Shown here: positions 37,856 through 45,247 of the stretch, piece by piece
Layout: every line of letters begins with the position of its first letter
Position numbering within the stretch: position 1 is the first letter of the stretch
Origin: Clostridiales bacterium
Lineage (GTDB): Bacteria > Bacillota > Dehalobacteriia > UBA7702
Length of the DNA: 64,000 bases
NCBI GenBank assembly: GCA_040776805.1
Contig: JAXGZS010000001.1
Coordinates: 413,016-477,015 of the forward strand
Direction of reading: 5' to 3'
Notes under the pieces: model-generated
Told to the model about the DNA's origin: nothing
Database searches by the model: none
Seen by the model: only the letters and a program-made list of their open reading frames with translations
Translations under genes and position numbers: made by a program

Positions 37856-38059
37856 TCAGTGTAAGACATTCATTTTGTTTTTGGGCAGATCAATTTCAAG
37901 AACCCAGAAGAGGATTTCCAGTTTATGGATGAGGGAAAGAATCCTTAAATCCAGCTCTCCGCCGCAATGGCGGCCCAAGCGTTCCTTTTCGTTGACTGCG
38001 TCCAAAAGCTCTTTGCGATACCGCTCCATACGCTTGGCGACGTCTTCTTCTTCTCTCAT
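37856..38059 (-). CDS. Possible small helical protein (66 aa from ATG; the ORF track starts it at an upstream TTG)
   Basis: The sequence MREEEDVAKRMERYRKELLDAVNEKERLGRHCGGELDLRILSL... is coherent and charged. The RBS is weak or distant. It is co-oriented with, and 15 nt downstream of, the nitroreductase gene. Confidence 0.3.
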   Translation of the reverse strand: MREEEDVAKRMERYRKELLDAVNEKERLGRHCGGELDLRILSLIHKLEILFWVLEIDLPKNKMNVLH

Positions 38060-38122
38060 AAGCGTCTCCGCGAAATAGCCTTCTCCTTTTATGTTATACG
38101 GGGCCAACTTATTTTGTGCTTA

Positions 38123-38680
38123 TCAACCGATGAAAAACACGTTGCCTTCTTTGCGCTCCGGCGCTTCCTGGGCAGCTCCTTCCGGGTACCCCAAAGCAAC
38201 GGCAAAGCGGGGAATCTTGTCGGCGGGCAGTTGCAGCAGTGATCGTAAACGGGGCCCTTCTTCACTGTCAAAGGCCGGCAGGAAGGAGGCGATATAGCAG
38301 GAACCGAGGTTCAGACTGTGGGCGGCCAAACAGATGTTTTCCGCGGCGTTGGCGGCGTCGGCAATGCCGAAGGGCACGTCTTCACTGCTGATAAAGATCA
38401 CGGTCGGGGCATGATAGAAATTACAGAAGGGTTTGCCGCCCATCCGCGTTTCCACTCGTTTGATGTAGTCTGTTGGCAGCAATTTGTGGTTGACCGCGGA
38501 AATTTCGGCGATGACACCGCTCTCCCGTACCACGGTAAAATAACAAGACTGGATGTTCATGGCAGTGGGCGCGAATTTCGCCGCGGCGATGATTTGAGCC
38601 AGTTCTTTTTCGTCAATGGGCCGCGGGGAAAAATTGCGGCAGCTTCTTCTCGTAAGCATATTCAAAATAATTTCATTCAT
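38123..38680 (-). CDS. Nitroreductase-family flavoprotein
   Basis: The N-terminus MNEIILNMLTRRSCRNFSPRPI carries the nitroreductase RRSxR motif. The start is ATG 38680 after AGGAAGAGGA. The ORF-track N-terminal extension was rejected. Confidence 0.8.
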   Translation of the reverse strand: MNEIILNMLTRRSCRNFSPRPIDEKELAQIIAAAKFAPTAMNIQSCYFTVVRESGVIAEISAVNHKLLPTDYIKRVETRMGGKPFCNFYHAPTVIFISSEDVPFGIADAANAAENICLAAHSLNLGSCYIASFLPAFDSEEGPRLRSLLQLPADKIPRFAVALGYPEGAAQEAPERKEGNVFFIG

Positions 38681-38846
38681 CTGTCCTCTTCCTTTCCGTA
38701 AAATCATAAATATTATTCTAATGATAACATAAAAAAAGCAAATTGCCAAAGGACTATCGCTATCGCCACCGCAAAGAAGGTTGAAAAATGGCATTACTTG
38801 AGATATAATATTTCATAGGAAGGTGTAAATTAAAAGAGGAGCAGTG

Positions 38847-39497
38847 ATGGATACATTTCAGAAAGAAGTCTATGTGAAATTGATCAACCGCGCGATTGGG
38901 GAAAAAGGCGTCACGCATTTTGCGAAAAAAGCGTCGTTGAGCGCAGGCAATCTTTCCCGGATCAGAAAAGGGCAGCTGGCCACCGTGGAAACGTTGAAAA
39001 AAATCGCCGCCGCCGCCGAAGGCGTGTCTTTTGCGGAATTGATGGATGCCGCGGGCTACACGGAGTCGGTGTTTTTAAAAGCCGCCGATCCCATGGCTGT
39101 GCCCACCACCAGCAAGGTGATCAGTATTCCCGTGGTGGAAGCGCTTCATGGCACGAAGAAAGAAATCAAGCAGGATGATTCATTGAAAAAGGAATATTAT
39201 TATGCCGACGCTTTCGGCAGCGGCGAGTTTATCTTTTTTGTCGTTAACGACGATGCCTTTGCGCCCAAAGTCAACCGCGGTGATAAGGTTTTGATCGATA
39301 TGGCGAAAAAACCGAGGGAAGGGGAGATCGCCCTGTTTTTGCTGAACGGGGAAGAAACCATGCTCCGCCATTTGACCCGACAAGGCAAAAAATACTACTA
39401 TTATGGGAACGACCTCGGTAAATATCCCATGACGGAAGCGAATAGCGCGGATATTAAAATATTCGGCACCGCGGTTCGCGCTTTTGTCACCATGTAA
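38847..39497 (+). CDS. XRE-family HTH regulator with a C-terminal LexA/S24 peptidase-like domain in which both catalytic-dyad residues appear substituted
   Basis: An N-terminal HTH is followed by a segment that aligns to the LexA C-domain (GDKVLID, EGEIALF). At the Ser/Lys dyad positions this protein reads NDDAF and TMLRHL instead of GDSM and TVKRL. Confidence 0.7.
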   Translation: MDTFQKEVYVKLINRAIGEKGVTHFAKKASLSAGNLSRIRKGQLATVETLKKIAAAAEGVSFAELMDAAGYTESVFLKAADPMAVPTTSKVISIPVVEALHGTKKEIKQDDSLKKEYYYADAFGSGEFIFFVVNDDAFAPKVNRGDKVLIDMAKKPREGEIALFLLNGEETMLRHLTRQGKKYYYYGNDLGKYPMTEANSADIKIFGTAVRAFVTM

Positions 39498-39545
39498 GCT
39501 TAGGGGCGGATCTGCGCCGCGGCGGGGAACAAGCAAATAAAAACC

Positions 39546-39578
39546 GGGGCATCCCCATGGGGACGCCCCGTATTTTTT
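39546..39578 (+). terminator. Rho-independent terminator (GGGGCATCCCCA/TGGGGACGCCCC followed by T6)
   Basis: Read directly from the sequence. Confidence 0.6.
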
Positions 39579-39668
39579 CGCGCAAGAGCAAGGAACGCCC
39601 CATTGCGGAAAGATTGATCCTCGCCGGCTTTTGCCGGTACTTTATTTTATGCGCCGATCTCTTTTTTG

Positions 39669-39800
39669 TTAACAACATCCGCATCTTCCGCAACCACAGC
39701 CGCCGCCGCAGCAACAGACGCTGCGGCAACCGCAACCGCAGCCGCAGCCGCATCTGCAAAAACACGGTCCCCAGAAGGGCCAGAAAAAGAAAGGAAACAT
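39669..39800 (-). CDS. Candidate 43-aa micro-protein MFPFFFWPFWGPCFCRCGCGCGCGCRSVCCCGGGCGCGRCGCC (20 Cys)
   Basis: ATG at 39800 is preceded by GAGGTG with a 5-nt spacer. The frame is open to TAA at 39669-39671. It has an aromatic hydrophobic N-terminus and a Cys/Gly-rich body encoded by a (GCN)n repeat. It is below the ORF-track length cutoff. The codon-by-codon translation is given in findings. Confidence 0.4.
   Translation of the reverse strand: MFPFFFWPFWGPCFCRCGCGCGCGCRSVCCCGGGCGCGRCGCC
39682..39752. repeat. GC-rich trinucleotide (GCN)n simple-sequence tract
   Basis: GCCGCCGCCGCAGCAACAGACGCTGCGGCAACCGCAACCGCAGCCGCAGCCGCATCTGC. Confidence 0.6.
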
Positions 39801-39909
39801 GGTTTCACCTCATTTCAATCTCGTCTTTCTTTATTTTATGAGGGCCTTTCCCCATTGGTGCGGACATATTTGAAAAGAGCGCCCCGTACAATGAAGCGAG
39901 GTGTTTTTT

Positions 39910-40494
39910 ATGATCAATCCGATCTGGTTGTTCCTGCTTTGCGGCGGGATCTTAGCGGCGGTGGTGACCGGCGATACCGCTGTCGTTTTTCCTTCGGTTG
40001 TGGAAGGCGCAACCTCTGCCATAGAAGTCATCATCGGTTTGGCGGCGTTCCTTTCGATTTGGTGCGGCATCATGCGCTTGGCGGAAAAATCGGGGCTTCT
40101 TGACCGCGTTTCCCGTATGGTTTATCCTGTGATCCGGCCGCTTTTTCCCTCTTTGGGAAAAGGGCATAAAGCCTGGGCGCCGATGGTCATGAATATTTCC
40201 GCCAATTTGCTGGGCCTCGGCAACGCGGCGACGCCCTTCGGCATTCAGGCCATGAAAGAACTGGCCGCTACCAGCGAGGAAAAGGGTGCGGCCTCCAAGG
40301 AGATGATCGTCTTTTTGGCCTTAAATACGTCCGCCGTCAGTTTTGTTCCAGGCATGGTTTTGGGCTTTCGTTCCGAAGCGGGGTCGCTGAATCCCGCGGA
40401 AATCATTGTGCCGTCGTTTCTTGCCTCTCTCGCCGGTCTCTGCGCGGCTTTGATCGCCGCGTCTCTTTTTGCGCGGACGAGGAAAAAACAGTGA
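39910..40494 (+). CDS. spmA: Spore maturation protein A (nucleoside-recognition-domain membrane protein)
   Basis: MINPIWLFLLCGGILAAVVTGD... matches SpmA. ATG 39910 follows GAGGTG by 7 nt; the ORF track starts at an upstream GTG. Confidence 0.8.
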   Translation: MINPIWLFLLCGGILAAVVTGDTAVVFPSVVEGATSAIEVIIGLAAFLSIWCGIMRLAEKSGLLDRVSRMVYPVIRPLFPSLGKGHKAWAPMVMNISANLLGLGNAATPFGIQAMKELAATSEEKGAASKEMIVFLALNTSAVSFVPGMVLGFRSEAGSLNPAEIIVPSFLASLAGLCAALIAASLFARTRKKQ

Positions 40495-41021
40495 TTGCTC
40501 ACCTCGTGTCCTTTTCGGATTGGATCATTCCCTGTATCCTCCTGTTTGTTCCGCTTTTCGCGTATTATAAAGGCATTTCCGTTTACGATGAATTCATCGA
40601 AGGGTCCAGAGAAGGGTTGCTGCTCACCTGGAATCTGCTGCCTTTTCTCATCGCTATGCTCTCGGCCATCGCCATCTTCACCAATGGCGGCGGTATGGAC
40701 TTGCTGCAAAAGCTACTGTCGCCCTTCTGTGTCAGGCTGGGGATTCCTGGCGATGTGGTGCCTTTGGCTTTGATGCGGCCCCTTTCCGGCAGCGGTTCCC
40801 TGGGTCTCACCGCCAGCATCATCAGTGAACACGGCCCCGATTCTTTTGTGGGCCGTCTCGCTTCCATCATGCAGGGCAGCACGGAAACGACATTTTACGT
40901 CCTGACCGTCTATTTTGGCGCTGTGGGCGTCAAAAAATTCCGCTACGCCCTCTGGGTAGGCTTAATCGGCGACGCCGTGGCGTTTTTAACGGCTTTTTAC
41001 CTCACAAAAGCGTTTTTTTAG
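40491..41021 (+). CDS. spmB: Spore maturation protein B
   Basis: A GTG start overlaps the spmA stop (GTGA). A 176-aa SpmB-like membrane protein. The RBS is GAGGAAAAAACA. Confidence 0.75.
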   Translation: MIAHLVSFSDWIIPCILLFVPLFAYYKGISVYDEFIEGSREGLLLTWNLLPFLIAMLSAIAIFTNGGGMDLLQKLLSPFCVRLGIPGDVVPLALMRPLSGSGSLGLTASIISEHGPDSFVGRLASIMQGSTETTFYVLTVYFGAVGVKKFRYALWVGLIGDAVAFLTAFYLTKAFF

Positions 41022-41080
41022 TGGTAAAATAGACTTGTATATTTTATCCATTCCCCCTATAATAATAGATGGAGGAGATT

Positions 41081-41890
41081 ATGGAAGAACGATTGCAAAA
41101 ATTATTGGCGGCGGCGGGGATTGCTTCCCGACGCAAAGCGGAAGAAATGATTGCCGCGGGCCGCGTCAGCCTCAACGGTAAAGTCGTGAGGGAACCCGGC
41201 ATCAAAGCGGATTTCGGCAAAGATAAAATTGCCGTGGACGGTAAATTAGTGGAGCGGAAAGAACGCAAAATATACGTACTGCTCAACAAACCCAAGGGCT
41301 ACGTCTGCACCGTCAGGGATACCCATGGCAGGCCGACGGTATTGGACTTGCTCCCCGATTGGCATGTGCGCATGTATCCTGTGGGCAGGCTCGACCTGGA
41401 TACCTCCGGCCTTTTGCTGCTGACCAACGACGGCAGTTTTACCAACAAGATCATGCATCCCGCCAAAGAAATCAATAAAATATACCGCGCCGAAGTACAA
41501 GGCGCTCCCAGCGAAGAGCAACTGAATTTGCTCAGAAAAGGTCTTGTTTTGGAAGAGGAAACCTTTGCCCCGGCCAAGATTCGTCTGTTGGCGAAAAAAG
41601 GCCGTGATACGGTTTGGGAAGTGATCATCCACGAGGGGAAAAAACGGCAGATTCGCCGTATGTTCAAAGAGATCAAACATCCGATCCTGTCGTTGACCAG
41701 GACAAACATTGATTTTTTGAGCTGTAAGGGCTTGAAAGAGGGAGAATGGCGTTTTTTGAAAAAAGAGGAAATTCGCCGTTTGCTCGGTGACGTCAGGGAA
41801 GCGCCCCCAAAAGAGAAAGTCATCGTTGTCCCTAAAACACGGCCCCGGGGAAATAAATATCCGTTTTACGGAAAGAAGGTGTCACGATGA
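41081..41890 (+). CDS. rluB: 23S rRNA pseudouridine synthase, RluB/RsuA family
   Basis: The S4 domain (RLQKLLAAAGIASRRKAEEMIAAGRVSLNG) and the catalytic RLDLDTSGLLLLTNDG motif are present, with a basic C-terminal tail. ATG 41081 is 5 nt after GGAGG; an in-frame ATG at 41069 is an alternative. Confidence 0.8.
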   Translation: MEERLQKLLAAAGIASRRKAEEMIAAGRVSLNGKVVREPGIKADFGKDKIAVDGKLVERKERKIYVLLNKPKGYVCTVRDTHGRPTVLDLLPDWHVRMYPVGRLDLDTSGLLLLTNDGSFTNKIMHPAKEINKIYRAEVQGAPSEEQLNLLRKGLVLEEETFAPAKIRLLAKKGRDTVWEVIIHEGKKRQIRRMFKEIKHPILSLTRTNIDFLSCKGLKEGEWRFLKKEEIRRLLGDVREAPPKEKVIVVPKTRPRGNKYPFYGKKVSR

Positions 41891-42627
41891 AATTGACGCG
41901 TTTCATTCATAACACAGAGCCTCGCTACGGCATGGTAGATCACGGCAGGGTTTATCCTCTGGCGGGTACCATTTTCGATAAGCCGATTCGGGAAGGGATC
42001 GGCTATCCCTTGGAGGAAGTGACACTGCTTTGTCCGGTGCTGCCCTCGAAAGCGATTTGCCTCGGCCTCAACTATAGAGATCACGCCGAGGAACTGCATA
42101 TTCCCGTGCCGGAAACCCCGGTTTTTTTTATGAAACCTTCTTCGGCGGTGACCGGTACCAAAACACACATCGTCTATCCCAAAGAGCTGGTGACCCAGAT
42201 GGATTATGAAGGGGAGCTGGCGGTGGTGATCGGCAAAACAGCCCGCTATATCACAGAAAAGGAAGCGCCAAAGTATATCTTAGGCTATACCATCGCCAAT
42301 GACGTAACCGCCCGCAACCTGCAACCGAAACACGGCCAATGGACGATTTCCAAATCTTTTGATACGTTTTTGCCCGTAGGCCCCTGGGTGCAGACGAACC
42401 TCGATCCTTCCCGACTGTCCATTACCTTGACGGTGAACGGCAAGGTCAAACAACAGTCCAATACGGCGGAAATGATCTTTTCCATTCCTGCCGTTGTCAG
42501 CTACCTCAGTAAGGTGATGACCCTCTACCCCGGTGATCTGATCCTGACGGGGACGCCCAGCGGCGTCGGCCCGCTTTTCCCCGGGGATACGGTTCGTGTT
42601 ACCGTGGAAGGTATCGGCGATTTGTAA
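41887..42627 (+). CDS. Fumarylacetoacetate hydrolase (FAH) family protein
   Basis: The FAH fold motifs (...GLNYRDHAEE..., ...DYEGELAVVIGK...) are present. ATGA overlap with rluB. Confidence 0.8.
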   Translation: MKLTRFIHNTEPRYGMVDHGRVYPLAGTIFDKPIREGIGYPLEEVTLLCPVLPSKAICLGLNYRDHAEELHIPVPETPVFFMKPSSAVTGTKTHIVYPKELVTQMDYEGELAVVIGKTARYITEKEAPKYILGYTIANDVTARNLQPKHGQWTISKSFDTFLPVGPWVQTNLDPSRLSITLTVNGKVKQQSNTAEMIFSIPAVVSYLSKVMTLYPGDLILTGTPSGVGPLFPGDTVRVTVEGIGDL

Positions 42628-42651
42628 AACGATGTGATCAGAGAGGAATAA

Positions 42652-43929
42652 ATGTTGCAAATGCTGCAGAAGAAAAAAAACGCCATCGTCATCGGCGGGG
42701 GCCCCGCCGGGATGATGGCGGCTTATATGATTGCCAAAAACGGCGTTCCCGTCGTTTTATTGGAAAAAAACGCCAAGCTCGGCAAGAAAATGCTGATTGC
42801 GGGAAAAGGCCGCTGTAACGTGACGAACGATTCGGACATGGCCGCCTTTTTGGCCAATATGCCCGGTAACGGTAAATTCTTATACAGTGCCTATCGTAAT
42901 TTTCCCGCTTCCGCGGTGATCCGCTGGTTTCAAGATTGCGGCGTACCCCTTAAAACTGAACGGGGAGACCGGGTTTTCCCGGTATCGGACTGTTCCGCCG
43001 ATATTGTTTCCTGCCTTGAGCGCCAGCTCAGAAAAGCCGGCGCCAAAGTGGATTTCTTGAGCGAAGTCGAGGAAATCGTCATGGGGGAAACCTCGGTCAA
43101 AGGCGTAAAAGTGAAGGGTGTTTTGAGACCCGCTGCCGCTGTTCTCGTGGCCACCGGCGGTCGCTCTTACCCGTTGACGGGCTCCACCGGCGATGGTTAC
43201 CATTTCGCCGCCGCCGCCGGTCATAGCGTAACGCCGCTGTTTCCTTCTCTGGTGCCCCTGACCGTGGCGGAAGCTGATGTAAAACAGCTGGAAGGCCTGA
43301 GTTTGCGAAATGTCGCCGTCACCTTGAAAGATGGCGCCGGTGTTCTCGATCACCGTTTCGGTGAGCTTGTTTTTACCGGAGACGGTCTTTCCGGCCCGGT
43401 GATTTTATCGGCGAGCAGAGCCGCCTCGTTGCATTTTACGAAAAATCCGGCGGCGCCGCTAACACTCCTCCTCGATCTAAAACCGGCCCTTGATGAAAAA
43501 CAACTGAACGATCGGCTTTTGAGGGATTTTGAAAGCTTTTCGAAGCGTTCCTATATCCACATTTTAGAAGAGCTGCTGCCGCGGAAAATGATTCCCGTTT
43601 TCGCCCGGCGCAGCGGCATTGAGCCGCTAAAAGCGGGGCATCAGTTGACGAAGGAGGACCGCAATGCGATCCTGCGCCTGTTGAAAGCGTTCCCCTTTAC
43701 GGTGACCCGTTGTCATCGGCTTTCCGAGGCCATTGTCACCGGCGGTGGTGTCAGCGTCAAAGAAATCGATCCCAAGACCATGATGTCCAAAAAAAAGGAA
43801 GGGCTTTTTTTCGCCGGAGAAGTCCTTGATATTGACGGCTATACCGGCGGCTTTCACATACAGGCCGCTCTGTCTTGCGGTTATCAGGCCGGAATGGCGA
43901 TGTCGTCCTATTGTTTGAAAGGAAACTAA
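42652..43929 (+). CDS. HI0933/BaiN-like FAD-dependent flavoprotein
   Basis: An N-terminal Rossmann fold (IVIGGGPAGMMAA) and HI0933-family organisation. Confidence 0.75.
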   Translation: MLQMLQKKKNAIVIGGGPAGMMAAYMIAKNGVPVVLLEKNAKLGKKMLIAGKGRCNVTNDSDMAAFLANMPGNGKFLYSAYRNFPASAVIRWFQDCGVPLKTERGDRVFPVSDCSADIVSCLERQLRKAGAKVDFLSEVEEIVMGETSVKGVKVKGVLRPAAAVLVATGGRSYPLTGSTGDGYHFAAAAGHSVTPLFPSLVPLTVAEADVKQLEGLSLRNVAVTLKDGAGVLDHRFGELVFTGDGLSGPVILSASRAASLHFTKNPAAPLTLLLDLKPALDEKQLNDRLLRDFESFSKRSYIHILEELLPRKMIPVFARRSGIEPLKAGHQLTKEDRNAILRLLKAFPFTVTRCHRLSEAIVTGGGVSVKEIDPKTMMSKKKEGLFFAGEVLDIDGYTGGFHIQAALSCGYQAGMAMSSYCLKGN

Positions 43930-43932
43930 AAA

Positions 43933-45099
43933 ATGCAACTTATGGAAGCAAGAACCCAAGTGATCGAAATGGGCAAGCGTCTGCTCCAAACAGGGCTTGT
44001 GGCCCGTACATGGGGGAATGTCAGCTGCCGTCTCAACGACAGCCATTTTGTGATCACCCCCAGCGGCAGAGCCTATGAAAATTTAAAACCCGAGGAGATT
44101 GTGATCATCAATATCAACGACGGGAAAGCCTGGGGTGACGTGCGCCCTTCCACGGAAAAAGGCGTGCATTTAAGAGGTTACCGTCTGCGGCAGGACGTAA
44201 ATTTTATCATCCATACCCATCAGCCGGAAGCATCGGTGATGAGCGCTTTGGCGGCGGATATCGACGTTGACGGCAACAACGTCTTCGGCGATACGGTATA
44301 CTGCGCCGCCTATGGCTTTCCCGGCAGTGAGGCCCTGGAAAAAAATATTGCCGAGATTATCGCCAAGGGTCAAAGCCGCGCTCTGCTCATGGCTCACCAC
44401 GGCGCGCTTTGTCTGGCGCCCTCGGCGGAGGACGCTCTGCGGGTTGCCGTCAGTCTGGAAATGTTCTCCACTTACCGGGTGCGCAAGGCCTTTGAGCGTT
44501 ACCTTGGACGACCCATTGCCACGGAGGATTCCATCTATCAGGTACTGCTAAAGGATCTTGGTACTGGCCTGCCCCAGCTGGTGCCGCCGCTTTTTCGCAG
44601 TGAGCGGCAGGGGGATTCGATGATTTTTCATCAGGCGGACCGGGGGGAGCGCCTCACCTTAAATATGGCGGACAGCTCTTTGACCGCGGAGCAACAGATT
44701 CACCAGGGGATTTACCAGGCCCGGCCGGACATCGGCGCCATTCATCACAGCTTTACGCCGTCGTTACTGGCTTATTCGGCGCTGAACCGTTCCTTGGCCA
44801 CGTATCTTGACGATTTTGCCCAGATCAACGGCGCGACCATGGCATGTGCTCCTCTCCAACAGGACGGCATTGTCCAGGGACTCGGTTCCCATCACGGCGT
44901 CCTTTTGCTGAGAAGCGGTGCTCTTTGCTGCGGCAACAATCTTTACGACGCCGAGGCCTTGGCCATGGTGGCGGAAAAGAACGCCCGCGCTTGGCTGATC
45001 GGTCAGCTCTTCCCTGAAAATCCCATACAGGCGATTCCCTTAGAGGAATGCCAAAAGATGCGGCGCTTTTATTTGGAGAGCTATGCCAAACGCTTTTAG
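43933..45099 (+). CDS. Tandem class II aldolase/adducin-domain protein (two AraD/FucA-like domains fused)
   Basis: The first half contains TWGNVSCR...ITPSG...IIHTHQPEASVMSAL. The second half repeats the pattern (IHQGIYQARPDIGAIHHSFTPSLLAYSAL). Confidence 0.7.
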   Translation: MQLMEARTQVIEMGKRLLQTGLVARTWGNVSCRLNDSHFVITPSGRAYENLKPEEIVIININDGKAWGDVRPSTEKGVHLRGYRLRQDVNFIIHTHQPEASVMSALAADIDVDGNNVFGDTVYCAAYGFPGSEALEKNIAEIIAKGQSRALLMAHHGALCLAPSAEDALRVAVSLEMFSTYRVRKAFERYLGRPIATEDSIYQVLLKDLGTGLPQLVPPLFRSERQGDSMIFHQADRGERLTLNMADSSLTAEQQIHQGIYQARPDIGAIHHSFTPSLLAYSALNRSLATYLDDFAQINGATMACAPLQQDGIVQGLGSHHGVLLLRSGALCCGNNLYDAEALAMVAEKNARAWLIGQLFPENPIQAIPLEECQKMRRFYLESYAKRF

Positions 45100-45247
45100 A
45101 CTGGCATTTTCCTGTCCGGCAGGGGATTTTTTAAGATCCAAAGTATCAATATAATATGAAAATATTAGTTGCGTTTTGTATAAAATTGGATTATAATATA
45201 ATTTAACGTATCGAAAAATCGAATGCACTTGAATGGAGGTCCGATGT

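Noticed and set aside
39666-40103. Plus-strand 145-aa ORF (MLTTSASSATTAAAAATDAAATATAAAAAS...) across the (GCN)n repeat
   Set aside because: It is a low-complexity translation of the triplet repeat with no RBS. It runs out of frame through the well-supported spmA gene. The minus-strand 39487-39765 Leu/Arg-repeat ORF is likewise an artefact.
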